In this document: in pieces, positions 26,731 to 35,372 of the stretch
Numbering within the stretch: the stretch's first letter is position 1
How the letters are laid out: the number at the start of each line of letters is the position of its first letter
Assembly (NCBI GenBank): GCA_043747615.1
Contig: JAYTOU010000023.1
Location: 96,001 to 160,000, forward strand
Direction: 5' to 3'
Source of the DNA: Myxococcales bacterium
GTDB taxonomy: Bacteria > Myxococcota_A > Polyangia > Polyangiales > Polyangiaceae
Length of the DNA stretch: 64,000 bases
Translations under genes and position numbers: made by a program
Notes under the pieces: generated by a model
Database searches by the model: none
Told to the model about the DNA's origin: nothing
What the model saw: only the letters and a program-made list of their open reading frames with translations

Positions 26731-29700
26731 ATGAGCAGCGCGCACGAACGGCAAGTCTATCTGACGGCACTTTGTAGAACCGTTCCGTACGCCGTGGTGG
26801 AGGCCGTCCTCGCCAATCCGTCTGAGTTCTCCGTCTGCTCGACCGTCGTGGTGGGCACCGTCCTCAACGCCGATCTCGTCGGCTTTACCGCCCTCTGCGA
26901 GCGCCTCGCCGCAGCCGGTCCGGGCGGACTCGGCAAGCTCACCCAAGCGCTGAACGAGCTCTTCACCCGCCTCCTGGACGAGACGCTCTTCCCTTACGAA
27001 GGTTACGTCATGCAGTTCGGCGGAGATTCGATCACCGCTATTTTCAGGGGGGAAGGTCACGCTTTGCGCGCCGCTGCTGCCGCGCTCGAGGCGCAGAAGA
27101 TCATGACGGGCCCCCCCTTCGCGGACGTCGAAGAGAACGGGCGGCCGCTCCTCATGCGCGTGGGGCTCGCCCAGGGCGAGATCGCCCTGCCTATCGTCGG
27201 GGATCTGATGCAGCGAGCAGTGGTGTGCGGCGGGCCAGCCTCCCATCGCGCCGTCGCACTTCAGGCGCGAGCCGCTCCCGGGACGGTGCTCGTCGACAAC
27301 TTCGTCTCCGCGCTTCTCGGCAAGCGGGCCCAAATCGCGAAGAGTGAGCCCGACTGCGGGACGTTGATGGCCCTCCTGGAGCACCCCGCGCGCACGCCCA
27401 TCCCGGAGCTCGGCGGACGCATCGAAGAACGCATCGAGGAGAAGATCGCGCTCCTCGAGCCCTTCGTAGCTCCTCCCCTCGCTGCGCGCCTGCGAAGCAC
27501 ACCGATGGGTTGGAGAATCGACGGCGAGCTGCGCAATGTGGTCGTCCTGTTCGCAGAGATCGGCGGGCTCGAGGAAGGCATCTCTCCCGAGGTCGCCCTT
27601 GATCTTTCGCGCTCACTCCTCCGGGCGTACCGAAAGTACGACGGGCTCTGCGTCAACATCAGCATCGTGCCGCACGGCCAGCGCCTGATGGTCCTCTTCG
27701 GGCTGCACATGCCCCAGAGCAACGACGCCGAGCGTTCACTCCTCGCGGCGCTGGAAGCAACGGCGCGCGTGAAAGGTTACTTGGCTGGCTCGAACGCCAA
27801 TCAGATCTCGCTCCGCACGGGTCTACACGCCGGGCAGGTATATTTCGGGGCGTTCGGCAGCGACTACCGGCACGACGTAACCGTCATAGGCAACACCGTC
27901 AACGTCGGCGCGCGCGTAGTGGAAGCCGCGGCCCCGTTCGAAGTGCTCGCTTCGGAAGCCGTCTACCAGCACATCACCAACGAGTTTCAGCACTCCCCGC
28001 GCCCGTCGGTGCGATTGAAGGGCGTCTCACAACCGCTCGCGGTCAAGGCCATTCACTCTCCCTCGGAGGGGATCGCTCACTACCTCCAGACGCGTGCGCG
28101 AAGACGCCTCCTCGCGGGGAGGGACTCGGAGACCGAGCGTCTCCGCAAGATCGCGAACACCGCCTGGAAAGGCGACGGACAAGTGCTCGGTCTCTGTGGT
28201 TCGGACGGCACGGGCAAGAGCGCGCTCCTCTCCTTCGTGGTCGACGATTGGGTCCAGCGCGGAGGCCTGGGGATGCTCGGCCGCTGCCGCTTTGCCACGA
28301 AGACCGAGCCTCTCGCGCCGGTGATCACGATGTTCAACGGATTCCTCGGTCTCACCCGGGGAGGGGGCGACGCCGAGCGCCGCGATCGTATTCGTCAGGG
28401 GCTCGAGCCCTTCCACCTGGCGAACGGCGCTCCGGAGCTCGTCGCATTGCTGCAGCCCGTTCGGCGCCCAGATGGCGCGCACGAAGCGCTCATCGATCTC
28501 GCGGACAGCCACGCGCGCGAACGCGTCCTCGGGAGCATCATCGAGTTTCTCGATCGGCGCGTCGAGCAGGAGAACGTCCTCTACGTCATCGAGGACCTTC
28601 ACTACGGCGACAGTCTCACCCAGGAGCTCGCCGCGCGCACCACGGGGCTCGGACGAAAGCGCCCTTTTTTCTTCGTGGCCACCTACATGCCGGACGCTCC
28701 AGTCGGCGCCTTCCGAAGAACCCTCGATCACGAGGTGGTGCTCGAGAACCTGACGGGGCCTCAGGCCGAAGCGCTTCTCATGCACGAGCTGAATGCGAGC
28801 GCCGTCGATCCCGCCGTCCTCGCGTTCGTTCTCAGGCGCACCGGCGGCAACCCGGCTCACCTCATCGACGTGACGCGCTTCTTGCGCGACCGCGAGCTAC
28901 TCCAAGTCAGAGGCGGTCTCGTCGTTGCGCCGCCGGGAGGCCTGGCACTTCTCGACGACGTGGTCCCCAAAACGGCGGCCAACGCGGCCCTCGCCCAGAT
29001 GGACGGCCTCGGCGAAGTCGAGAAGCGCATCGTGCGGATGGCGAGCGCGATCGGCCGTAATTTCTCGCGTGATTTGCTCGAGAGCGTCTCCGGCGCGGAG
29101 CTCGATCCCAAGTTGATTGGTTGGGCGATGGACAGCCTCGAGGGGCGCCGGGTCATTGGTCCAGACGCTGGTCCGCGAGGTTACGCTTTCCGCGATGACG
29201 TGATGCGGGCAGCCGCCTATCGCACGATGCCTGAAGGGAAGCGACGCGACATCCACTCGCGGATCGCCGACGCCCTCGAAGCGCGCACGGATCTCGATCT
29301 GTCGCGCGACGCGGCGACGCTCGCCGTTCACCGCGACCGCGCGGGGCAATGGAGAGAAGCGGCGCGCTGGTACGAGATTTCCGCGCAGGTGTCCCTGAAA
29401 TCCGCGCTCAACGACGAGGCACGCCATTTTCACGCGCGCTGGGAGGAATGCGTGAGCAAGCTCCCCGACGAACAGCGACCGTCGCCGGAGGACTCCGCGC
29501 AGATGGCCCTCATCAAGCTCGCAGCTCTCGGTCGCCGTCGACTGCCTGCACAGACGCTCGGTCAAGGTCGTCACGTCGCCACGCACCACTCGCACGCGCT
29601 AGGCTCTCAAGCGAAGCTCATCGTCCACTTCTGGCTTGGTTGCTCGCTCGCGTGGATGGGGCAAACGGTGCGCGCGCGCGATCGCTTGAAGAAGGTGTGG

Positions 29701-30507
29701 GAGCACGCCGAGGATGGAGCGATGCGCTGCGATTCGGCGATCGAGATGGCGCGCACCTACGCCTACGCGATGGACCACGTGGCCGCGGGCCGCTGGCTCG
29801 ATCGCGCGGCGCTTCTGACGGTCAACGATCCTCTTCGGGCCTCGCTGGTCCACTTGTTTCAAGCCGGTCTGGAGACCGATGCCGACAAGCTCGAAGAGGT
29901 GCGCCTGGCCTGCCTCGAAATCCAGCGCTCCACTCGAAAGGACGGGCTCCTGCATATCGCAGCGATGGCGCAGAACCGAGCGGCGTGCTGCGACCTCTAC
30001 GCTCGGAAATTCGACCGCGCACGCGCGGGGTTCGAAGCCGCGCTGCAGCTCGATCGCTCGCTCGGCAATTGGTCTCAGTTCGCGAGCGAGCTGACCCACC
30101 TCGGCCAGGCCTTTCTGTGGGACGAGCGGTACATGGAGGCGCGCCAGGTTCTAGAAAAAGCGCTGCGCTTCGCGCGCGACGCGGACGATCCCATCGCGGT
30201 GGCGGAGGCAAGCGTGCACTTGGGGGCCGCCGTCGCGCTCAGCGCAGATCCCGAAGAGGGACTAGTCCTCCTCGAACAAGGAAGCACGCTCGCCATGCGG
30301 GTCGGTCATCGCGAAGCTGCGCTTGCGGCGACGCTCCACCTCCTCCACATCGCGCTCGTGCGCGAGGACGTAGACGGCGTTCACCGCCACGCCGCGACGT
30401 GCGCGAAAGAAGCGCGCGAGCACAAGACGCCGCTCTTGCGGTTCGTGTCCGACACTCTCCTCGAGCAGGTGGCGCTCCGCCGCGACATTCCCGATACGAC
30501 GCGTTGA
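26731..30507 (+). CDS. Twin class III nucleotidyl cyclase domains + STAND-type P-loop ATPase + TPR-like repeats
   Basis: ADLVGFT, FGGD, VIGNTVNVGAR, LKG; LAGRDSE, GSDGTGKS, IEDLH, GGNP; helical repeats at the C-terminus. Confidence 0.88.
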   Translation: MSSAHERQVYLTALCRTVPYAVVEAVLANPSEFSVCSTVVVGTVLNADLVGFTALCERLAAAGPGGLGKLTQALNELFTRLLDETLFPYEGYVMQFGGDSITAIFRGEGHALRAAAAALEAQKIMTGPPFADVEENGRPLLMRVGLAQGEIALPIVGDLMQRAVVCGGPASHRAVALQARAAPGTVLVDNFVSALLGKRAQIAKSEPDCGTLMALLEHPARTPIPELGGRIEERIEEKIALLEPFVAPPLAARLRSTPMGWRIDGELRNVVVLFAEIGGLEEGISPEVALDLSRSLLRAYRKYDGLCVNISIVPHGQRLMVLFGLHMPQSNDAERSLLAALEATARVKGYLAGSNANQISLRTGLHAGQVYFGAFGSDYRHDVTVIGNTVNVGARVVEAAAPFEVLASEAVYQHITNEFQHSPRPSVRLKGVSQPLAVKAIHSPSEGIAHYLQTRARRRLLAGRDSETERLRKIANTAWKGDGQVLGLCGSDGTGKSALLSFVVDDWVQRGGLGMLGRCRFATKTEPLAPVITMFNGFLGLTRGGGDAERRDRIRQGLEPFHLANGAPELVALLQPVRRPDGAHEALIDLADSHARERVLGSIIEFLDRRVEQENVLYVIEDLHYGDSLTQELAARTTGLGRKRPFFFVATYMPDAPVGAFRRTLDHEVVLENLTGPQAEALLMHELNASAVDPAVLAFVLRRTGGNPAHLIDVTRFLRDRELLQVRGGLVVAPPGGLALLDDVVPKTAANAALAQMDGLGEVEKRIVRMASAIGRNFSRDLLESVSGAELDPKLIGWAMDSLEGRRVIGPDAGPRGYAFRDDVMRAAAYRTMPEGKRRDIHSRIADALEARTDLDLSRDAATLAVHRDRAGQWREAARWYEISAQVSLKSALNDEARHFHARWEECVSKLPDEQRPSPEDSAQMALIKLAALGRRRLPAQTLGQGRHVATHHSHALGSQAKLIVHFWLGCSLAWMGQTVRARDRLKKVWEHAEDGAMRCDSAIEMARTYAYAMDHVAAGRWLDRAALLTVNDPLRASLVHLFQAGLETDADKLEEVRLACLEIQRSTRKDGLLHIAAMAQNRAACCDLYARKFDRARAGFEAALQLDRSLGNWSQFASELTHLGQAFLWDERYMEARQVLEKALRFARDADDPIAVAEASVHLGAAVALSADPEEGLVLLEQGSTLAMRVGHREAALAATLHLLHIALVREDVDGVHRHAATCAKEAREHKTPLLRFVSDTLLEQVALRRDIPDTTR

Positions 30508-30553
30508 AGTGATTGATGAGCTAACCTTCGCGCACTGCAGGTAGGATGCGGCG

Positions 30554-31144
30554 ATGGAAGAAGGATTCGAGACCCAAGAGCTCAAAGAGAAGATGGATGA
30601 AGCGCGCGAGCACGCGGAACATGCGGGGCACGGCAGCGGAGCGGCGTGGATTCTCTACCTGTCCCTCTCGACGGCCCTCATCGCCGTCTTCGCGGCGGTC
30701 GCCTCGCTCGAGTCAGGGTCGTACGCCAACGACGCGATCGTCCAGAAAAACGAGTCGATCCTCAACCAAGCCAGGGCAAGCGATCAGTGGGCCTACTACC
30801 AGGCCAAGGGGATCAAGGCCGTCATCTACACCGCTCAATCAGAAGCCATCAGCGGCAACGCCGAGGCGGCGGCGAAATTTCGCGAAGAGGGCAAGCGCGA
30901 GAATGCCGCGCAAGCCGAGCTGAGCGCAAAGGCCAAAGAGTTCGAGAAGAAGGTCGAAGAGTCCGACAAGGAGTCGGAGCACAGCCTCCACATCCATCAC
31001 CAGTTCGCAAAGTCCGTGACCATTTTCCAGGTGGCGATCGCCCTTGCCGCCATCGCAGCGCTCACCCGCAAGCGAATGATGTGGATGGTGAGCCTCGCCG
31101 GCGGCGTGGTCGGCCTCTACTTTTTCGTCCAGGGCTTTCTGTAA
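30554..31144 (+). CDS. DUF4337 family membrane protein
   Basis: ASDQWAYYQAKGIK motif; N-terminal TM, coiled coil, C-terminal TMs. Confidence 0.8.
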   Translation: MEEGFETQELKEKMDEAREHAEHAGHGSGAAWILYLSLSTALIAVFAAVASLESGSYANDAIVQKNESILNQARASDQWAYYQAKGIKAVIYTAQSEAISGNAEAAAKFREEGKRENAAQAELSAKAKEFEKKVEESDKESEHSLHIHHQFAKSVTIFQVAIALAAIAALTRKRMMWMVSLAGGVVGLYFFVQGFL

Positions 31145-31155
31145 ACGCGAGTCTG

Positions 31156-32853
31156 CTATGGTGCGGCGGCGCCGATCGAGACGAGCTCGATCTCGAAGAC
31201 CAGGGTCGAGTTCGGCGGGACGGCCGGGGGTAGGCCTTTCTCGCCGTACGCGAGCTGCGGGGGCACGATGAGCTTTCGCTTGCCGCCCGCTTTCATCCCA
31301 GGAATTCCCTGCTCCCAGCCCTTCGTCACGCTCCCTTTACCGAGCGTGAACGAAAAAGGCGCGGTGCGGTGCTTCGCGTCGTACTCTGCGCCACCGTCGA
31401 TTTTCGCGACGTAAAGGACGGTGATCGTGTCGCCTGTCTTTGCCGCGGGGCCTTTGCCGGCAGCGAGATTCTCGGAGACGAGACGGGTCGGCGCGGCGGG
31501 AGCGGCAACGGTTGCGGGTGCGGTCGACGGCGCGGTCGTCGTCGCTGCGGGGATGTTCGACGGGGCGGTGGTGGTCGTGGTGACGCCGGGCGCGTCGGCC
31601 TTTGCAGCAGGCTTCGCGGCAGCCGCAGGCTTCACGCCCGTGCGGGGCAAGTCCTCCAGAGCGACGACCGGAATCCCATCGGACGGCGGCGGTATTTCGG
31701 GCTCCGCTGCTGCAGGCGAGCTCACGAGGGGGGCCTTCGCCGAAATCGTCATCGATGCCTCACGAGCCTTGTATGCGCGCGCTGCTCGGAAGCCGAAAAA
31801 CCCGCAGCTGCCCATGATCGCGAGTCCGGCGACCGCGGCTAGCGCGATGACGAGCGCGCGCCCCGACGACGAAGGCTGGTGCCGGGCGACCGGTGCGTGC
31901 GCGGGAAACGTGAGAGGGGTGATGCTGCCGGTGACGGTTTCGCCGCTACCACGGAGCGCCTGATCGAGGGCCGCTATCGCTTCGCCGGCGTGACCGAAAC
32001 GCTGCGCCGGATCCCGCGTGACGCTGCGGGCGAACCATGCGTTGAAACCGGGCGGGAGACGATCGACGCAGCCGAGCTCATGAGCGCGGGCGGTGGGAAC
32101 GAGAAGCGGATCGATGGTCACCTCGCGAAGGAGAACGCCGTTCTTTTGCGCGCGCCAGAAGCGATGGCCGGTGAGAAGGAAGAATGCGAGGAGCCCGAGC
32201 GACCAGACGTCGGAGGTGAGGTCGACGCGGCCTGCGCTGCACTGCTCCGGCGAAGCCCACAGAGGATCGGACGCCGGTGCGCTTGGGGCGACGGCGCGCT
32301 TTGCGTTGGCGAGGATCTTCGAGATGCCGAAGTTGAGGACCTTCACCGAACGCGACTGGTCGGTCAGAATGATGCTCTCCGGGCGAAGTGCGCCGTGAAC
32401 GACTCCGTTCGCGTGGGCGATGGCGAGGACGCCCGCCACCTGGGCGAGCACCGCAGCCGCATGCGCCACGGGAAGTGGGCCCCGGCGACTCACGGCTGTT
32501 GCCAGATCCTCGCCGACGAACGGCTCGAATGCGAGCCAGGGAATCGACGACGCATCGTCGACACCGGAAGCAAAGGCGACCGCGGCCTGGGGACTTGCCA
32601 CGCGCGCGCCCTCCAGGCTCTGCTCGGCAAAGCGCTCGCGAAAGGCTTTTCCGGGAACGACGGGGGCGAAGAGCTGCTCCACGACGCAGCGAGTCCCACG
32701 CGACACCCGGTCGGCCACGTAAAGCGCACTGTACTCGGATTTCGAGAGCAGCTGGACGAGGCGGAAATCTCCACCAAAAAAGGCCCCTTCCGCGGGGGCA
32801 GGCGGCAGGACCGACGGGGTCAGCGACGCAGTGGCAGGCGAGGAAGAATTCAC
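31156..32853 (-). CDS. Ser/Thr pseudokinase - TM - Pro/Thr linker - FKBP-type PPIase fusion
   Basis: GTG 32853 with GGAGG RBS; kinase fold with HGALRPES, NFG, SPEQ, SDVWSLG; FKBP GWEQG..GMK.GGKRKL.VPP.LAYG...PPNSTLVFEIEL. Confidence 0.85.
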   Translation of the reverse strand: MNSSSPATASLTPSVLPPAPAEGAFFGGDFRLVQLLSKSEYSALYVADRVSRGTRCVVEQLFAPVVPGKAFRERFAEQSLEGARVASPQAAVAFASGVDDASSIPWLAFEPFVGEDLATAVSRRGPLPVAHAAAVLAQVAGVLAIAHANGVVHGALRPESIILTDQSRSVKVLNFGISKILANAKRAVAPSAPASDPLWASPEQCSAGRVDLTSDVWSLGLLAFFLLTGHRFWRAQKNGVLLREVTIDPLLVPTARAHELGCVDRLPPGFNAWFARSVTRDPAQRFGHAGEAIAALDQALRGSGETVTGSITPLTFPAHAPVARHQPSSSGRALVIALAAVAGLAIMGSCGFFGFRAARAYKAREASMTISAKAPLVSSPAAAEPEIPPPSDGIPVVALEDLPRTGVKPAAAAKPAAKADAPGVTTTTTAPSNIPAATTTAPSTAPATVAAPAAPTRLVSENLAAGKGPAAKTGDTITVLYVAKIDGGAEYDAKHRTAPFSFTLGKGSVTKGWEQGIPGMKAGGKRKLIVPPQLAYGEKGLPPAVPPNSTLVFEIELVSIGAAAP

Positions 32854-33052
32854 TGCGGCCTCCGGCTCTCGTAGGCCGCAAGTCCAGGCTGGCTGATTTG
32901 AATGCGCTTCATCTTTGACTGATACGACGCCCAGCTGCGTTTCTTCCCTGTATTTCCGGAAAAAATCCGGCCCCTCTCGCGGGTCGTTTTTTTTCACGAC
33001 ACGACCACCGAGGCCGTAGCGCGCAACGTTGCGCCCGTCGTCGCTTTGGGGG

Positions 33053-33685
33053 ATGGTGCGGCCGGTGCGGTGGCGAGCGATCATCACGGCCGGGGTCGTG
33101 CTCATGAGCACGCTCGCGAGCTGCGGAAGCAACCCCGCGGCGACCAAAGCATGCACCGGAAACGGTCACGCGTGCACGACCGACGTGCAGTGCTGCACGT
33201 CGTACTGCATGCTCACCGGACAGGCGGCGTACTGCCAGGAGAAGGCCGCGCAGGATGCCCAGTGCTCGCAGGACAAGGAGTTCTGCACCGAGGACCGCCA
33301 CTGCTGCGCGGGGCTCTGCGACAAGGGCGCGTGCGTCGGTTCCTCCGGCGGGAGCACGCCGAGCTGCCACGGAATCACGTCGGCGTGCACGTCGGCGGCA
33401 CAGTGCTGCAGCCAGGTCTGCAATGGGTCTCCCGGCGCGATGGCTTGCAAGCCAGCCGTCGCGGGCGGAGGCGGAACGTGTGCGGGCGGCGGGGAGCCGT
33501 GCGGCACGGCCGCCGAGTGCTGCACTGGGCTTTGCATTCCGACCGGGAGCGGCGGAAACGCCTGCGCGGTGGGGGGCGGCGGTGGCGGCAGCAACTGCGG
33601 AAAAAGCGGGGCAACCTGCACCTCCGGTTCCGACTGTTGTACCGGGGATTGCCTCGCAGCTAGCGCCTCGAAATCTTGCCGCTGA
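33053..33685 (+). CDS. Lipoprotein with five tandem six-cysteine (C-C-CC-C-C) modules
   Basis: LASC lipobox followed by 5 x C-x6-C-x5-CC-x3-C-x(4-9)-C. Confidence 0.85.
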   Translation: MVRPVRWRAIITAGVVLMSTLASCGSNPAATKACTGNGHACTTDVQCCTSYCMLTGQAAYCQEKAAQDAQCSQDKEFCTEDRHCCAGLCDKGACVGSSGGSTPSCHGITSACTSAAQCCSQVCNGSPGAMACKPAVAGGGGTCAGGGEPCGTAAECCTGLCIPTGSGGNACAVGGGGGGSNCGKSGATCTSGSDCCTGDCLAASASKSCR

Positions 33686-33859
33686 GGCTGATCGCTATCT
33701 CGACGCGCATACCGCAGCTGTGACCGCGCGAGCTCAGCGGGTGATGTCGATGTTGTAGGTGCCCGCGGCTGTGGAGAGTGGTGACGAAGCGGGTGCGACT
33801 CTCAGCCAACGGCGACAATGCGTCATGGCGCGCGCCTTTCGTGTAACCATTCGTGCACC

Positions 33860-34876
33860 ATGCGCCAAATCTGGATCACCAAAATCGGCTCTCCCGAAGT
33901 CCTTCAAGTGCGCGAAGCTCCCGATCCCAAACCGTCGGCGGGCGAGGTCCGCATCCGCGTTCACGCGGCGGGGATCAACTTCGCCGACCTGATGGCGCGG
34001 GTGGGCCTCTACCCCGACGCGCCGAAGCTCCCCTGCGTGGTGGGTTACGAAGTCTCTGGCACCATCGACGAGGTGGGCGCAGGCGTCACGGACTTCAAGG
34101 CGGGAGATCGCGTCTTCGGGATGCCCCACTTCGGCGGCTACACCGACACGCTCGTCATTCCAGCAGAGATGACCTTCATGATGCCGCGCGCGATGAGCTT
34201 CGAAGAGGCGGCCGCGCTCCCGGTGGTCTACCTCACGGCCTACAACATGATGCTGTTCAACGGGAACCTCCGCGAAGGCTCGAGCGTCCTCATCCATTCC
34301 GCAGCGGGCGGCGTCGGGCTCGCAGCGATCCAGATCGCCAAGACTCGAAACTGCGTGATTTACGGCACCGCGTCGAAGTCGAAGCACGCCTTTCTCCGCG
34401 AGCAAGGCTGCGATCACCCCATTGATTCGAGCGGTGATCTCACGGCACAGATGCGCGCTGTGATGGGCAATAGTCGCGGCCTCGATCTGGTGCTTGATCC
34501 GGTCGGCGGAAAATCCTGGACGGAGGGCTACGATCTCCTCGGTCCGTGCGGGCGGCTCGTGGCCTTCGGTCTGTCCTCCGCCTCGTCGGGCAAGACGCGT
34601 AACCTGCTCCACGCCGCGGGCCAGCTGCTTCGGATCAAAAAGTGGAGCCCGATGAAGCTGATGGAGGACAACAAGACCGTCGGCGGCACGAACATGGGTC
34701 ACCTCTTCGACCGCCTCGATCTCCTGCGGCCACAGTTTCTCGGGCTGCTCGAGATGTACGACGCAGGGAAGATCAAACCGCGGATCGACAAGACCTTCAC
34801 ATTCGACGAGGCGCCGCTCGCCCACCATTACATTCACGACCGCAAAGCGATGGGTAAGGTTTTACTTCTGGCGTGA
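33860..34876 (+). CDS. MDR-family NADPH:quinone oxidoreductase (VAT-1-like)
   Basis: GINFAD, GYEVSG, HSAAGGVG, GKVLL. Confidence 0.9.
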   Translation: MRQIWITKIGSPEVLQVREAPDPKPSAGEVRIRVHAAGINFADLMARVGLYPDAPKLPCVVGYEVSGTIDEVGAGVTDFKAGDRVFGMPHFGGYTDTLVIPAEMTFMMPRAMSFEEAAALPVVYLTAYNMMLFNGNLREGSSVLIHSAAGGVGLAAIQIAKTRNCVIYGTASKSKHAFLREQGCDHPIDSSGDLTAQMRAVMGNSRGLDLVLDPVGGKSWTEGYDLLGPCGRLVAFGLSSASSGKTRNLLHAAGQLLRIKKWSPMKLMEDNKTVGGTNMGHLFDRLDLLRPQFLGLLEMYDAGKIKPRIDKTFTFDEAPLAHHYIHDRKAMGKVLLLA

Positions 34877-34886
34877 GCCGAGGCCA

Positions 34887-35372
34887 CTAGCTGACCGAGC
34901 GAATTTCGTATTCGCGGAGGCCTTGCTGCACCCGCACCTCGGCGACGTCACCCGAGCTTTTGCCGAGAAGCGCCTGGCCGACGGGAGACTGAGGGGTGAT
35001 CACCTGCACCTCGGTACCGCCGACGGTCACCCGCATTCCGCCGCCGAACGGACATACGAAATAGGTTAGATGCGCCCCCTCGAGGCTGACCTCGACGATG
35101 GCCGAGAGATCGATCTGATCTCCCTTCGCGAACTGGCGGAGCACCATGAATTTGAGGGAATTCGTGACCTTCTCGAGCTCCGTCACGCGCTTGGCTTGAG
35201 CTCCGGCGAGGTAAGACAGCTCGAGGCCGCGGGTGTCCTTGTCGTTCTCCGGCTTGGACTCTTCGTGCGTCGCGGCTTCACGCGCATCACGCGCGGCCTT
35301 GGCAATGATCGCTGACTCGCGAGCAATCTCCGCCTCGAGAGCCAGGATGATTTCCCGCTTCTCGAGCCTCAC
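34887..35372 (-). CDS. GreA/GreB family protein
   Basis: [20 protein letters not shown] and [17 protein letters not shown]. Confidence 0.82.
   Translation of the reverse strand: MRLEKREIILALEAEIARESAIIAKAARDAREAATHEESKPENDKDTRGLELSYLAGAQAKRVTELEKVTNSLKFMVLRQFAKGDQIDLSAIVEVSLEGAHLTYFVCPFGGGMRVTVGGTEVQVITPQSPVGQALLGKSSGDVAEVRVQQGLREYEIRSVS

Noticed and set aside
33734..33826. Short minus-strand ORF ending GTYNIDITR
   Set aside because: Could be a gene-end remnant, but there is no RBS or recognisable homology.
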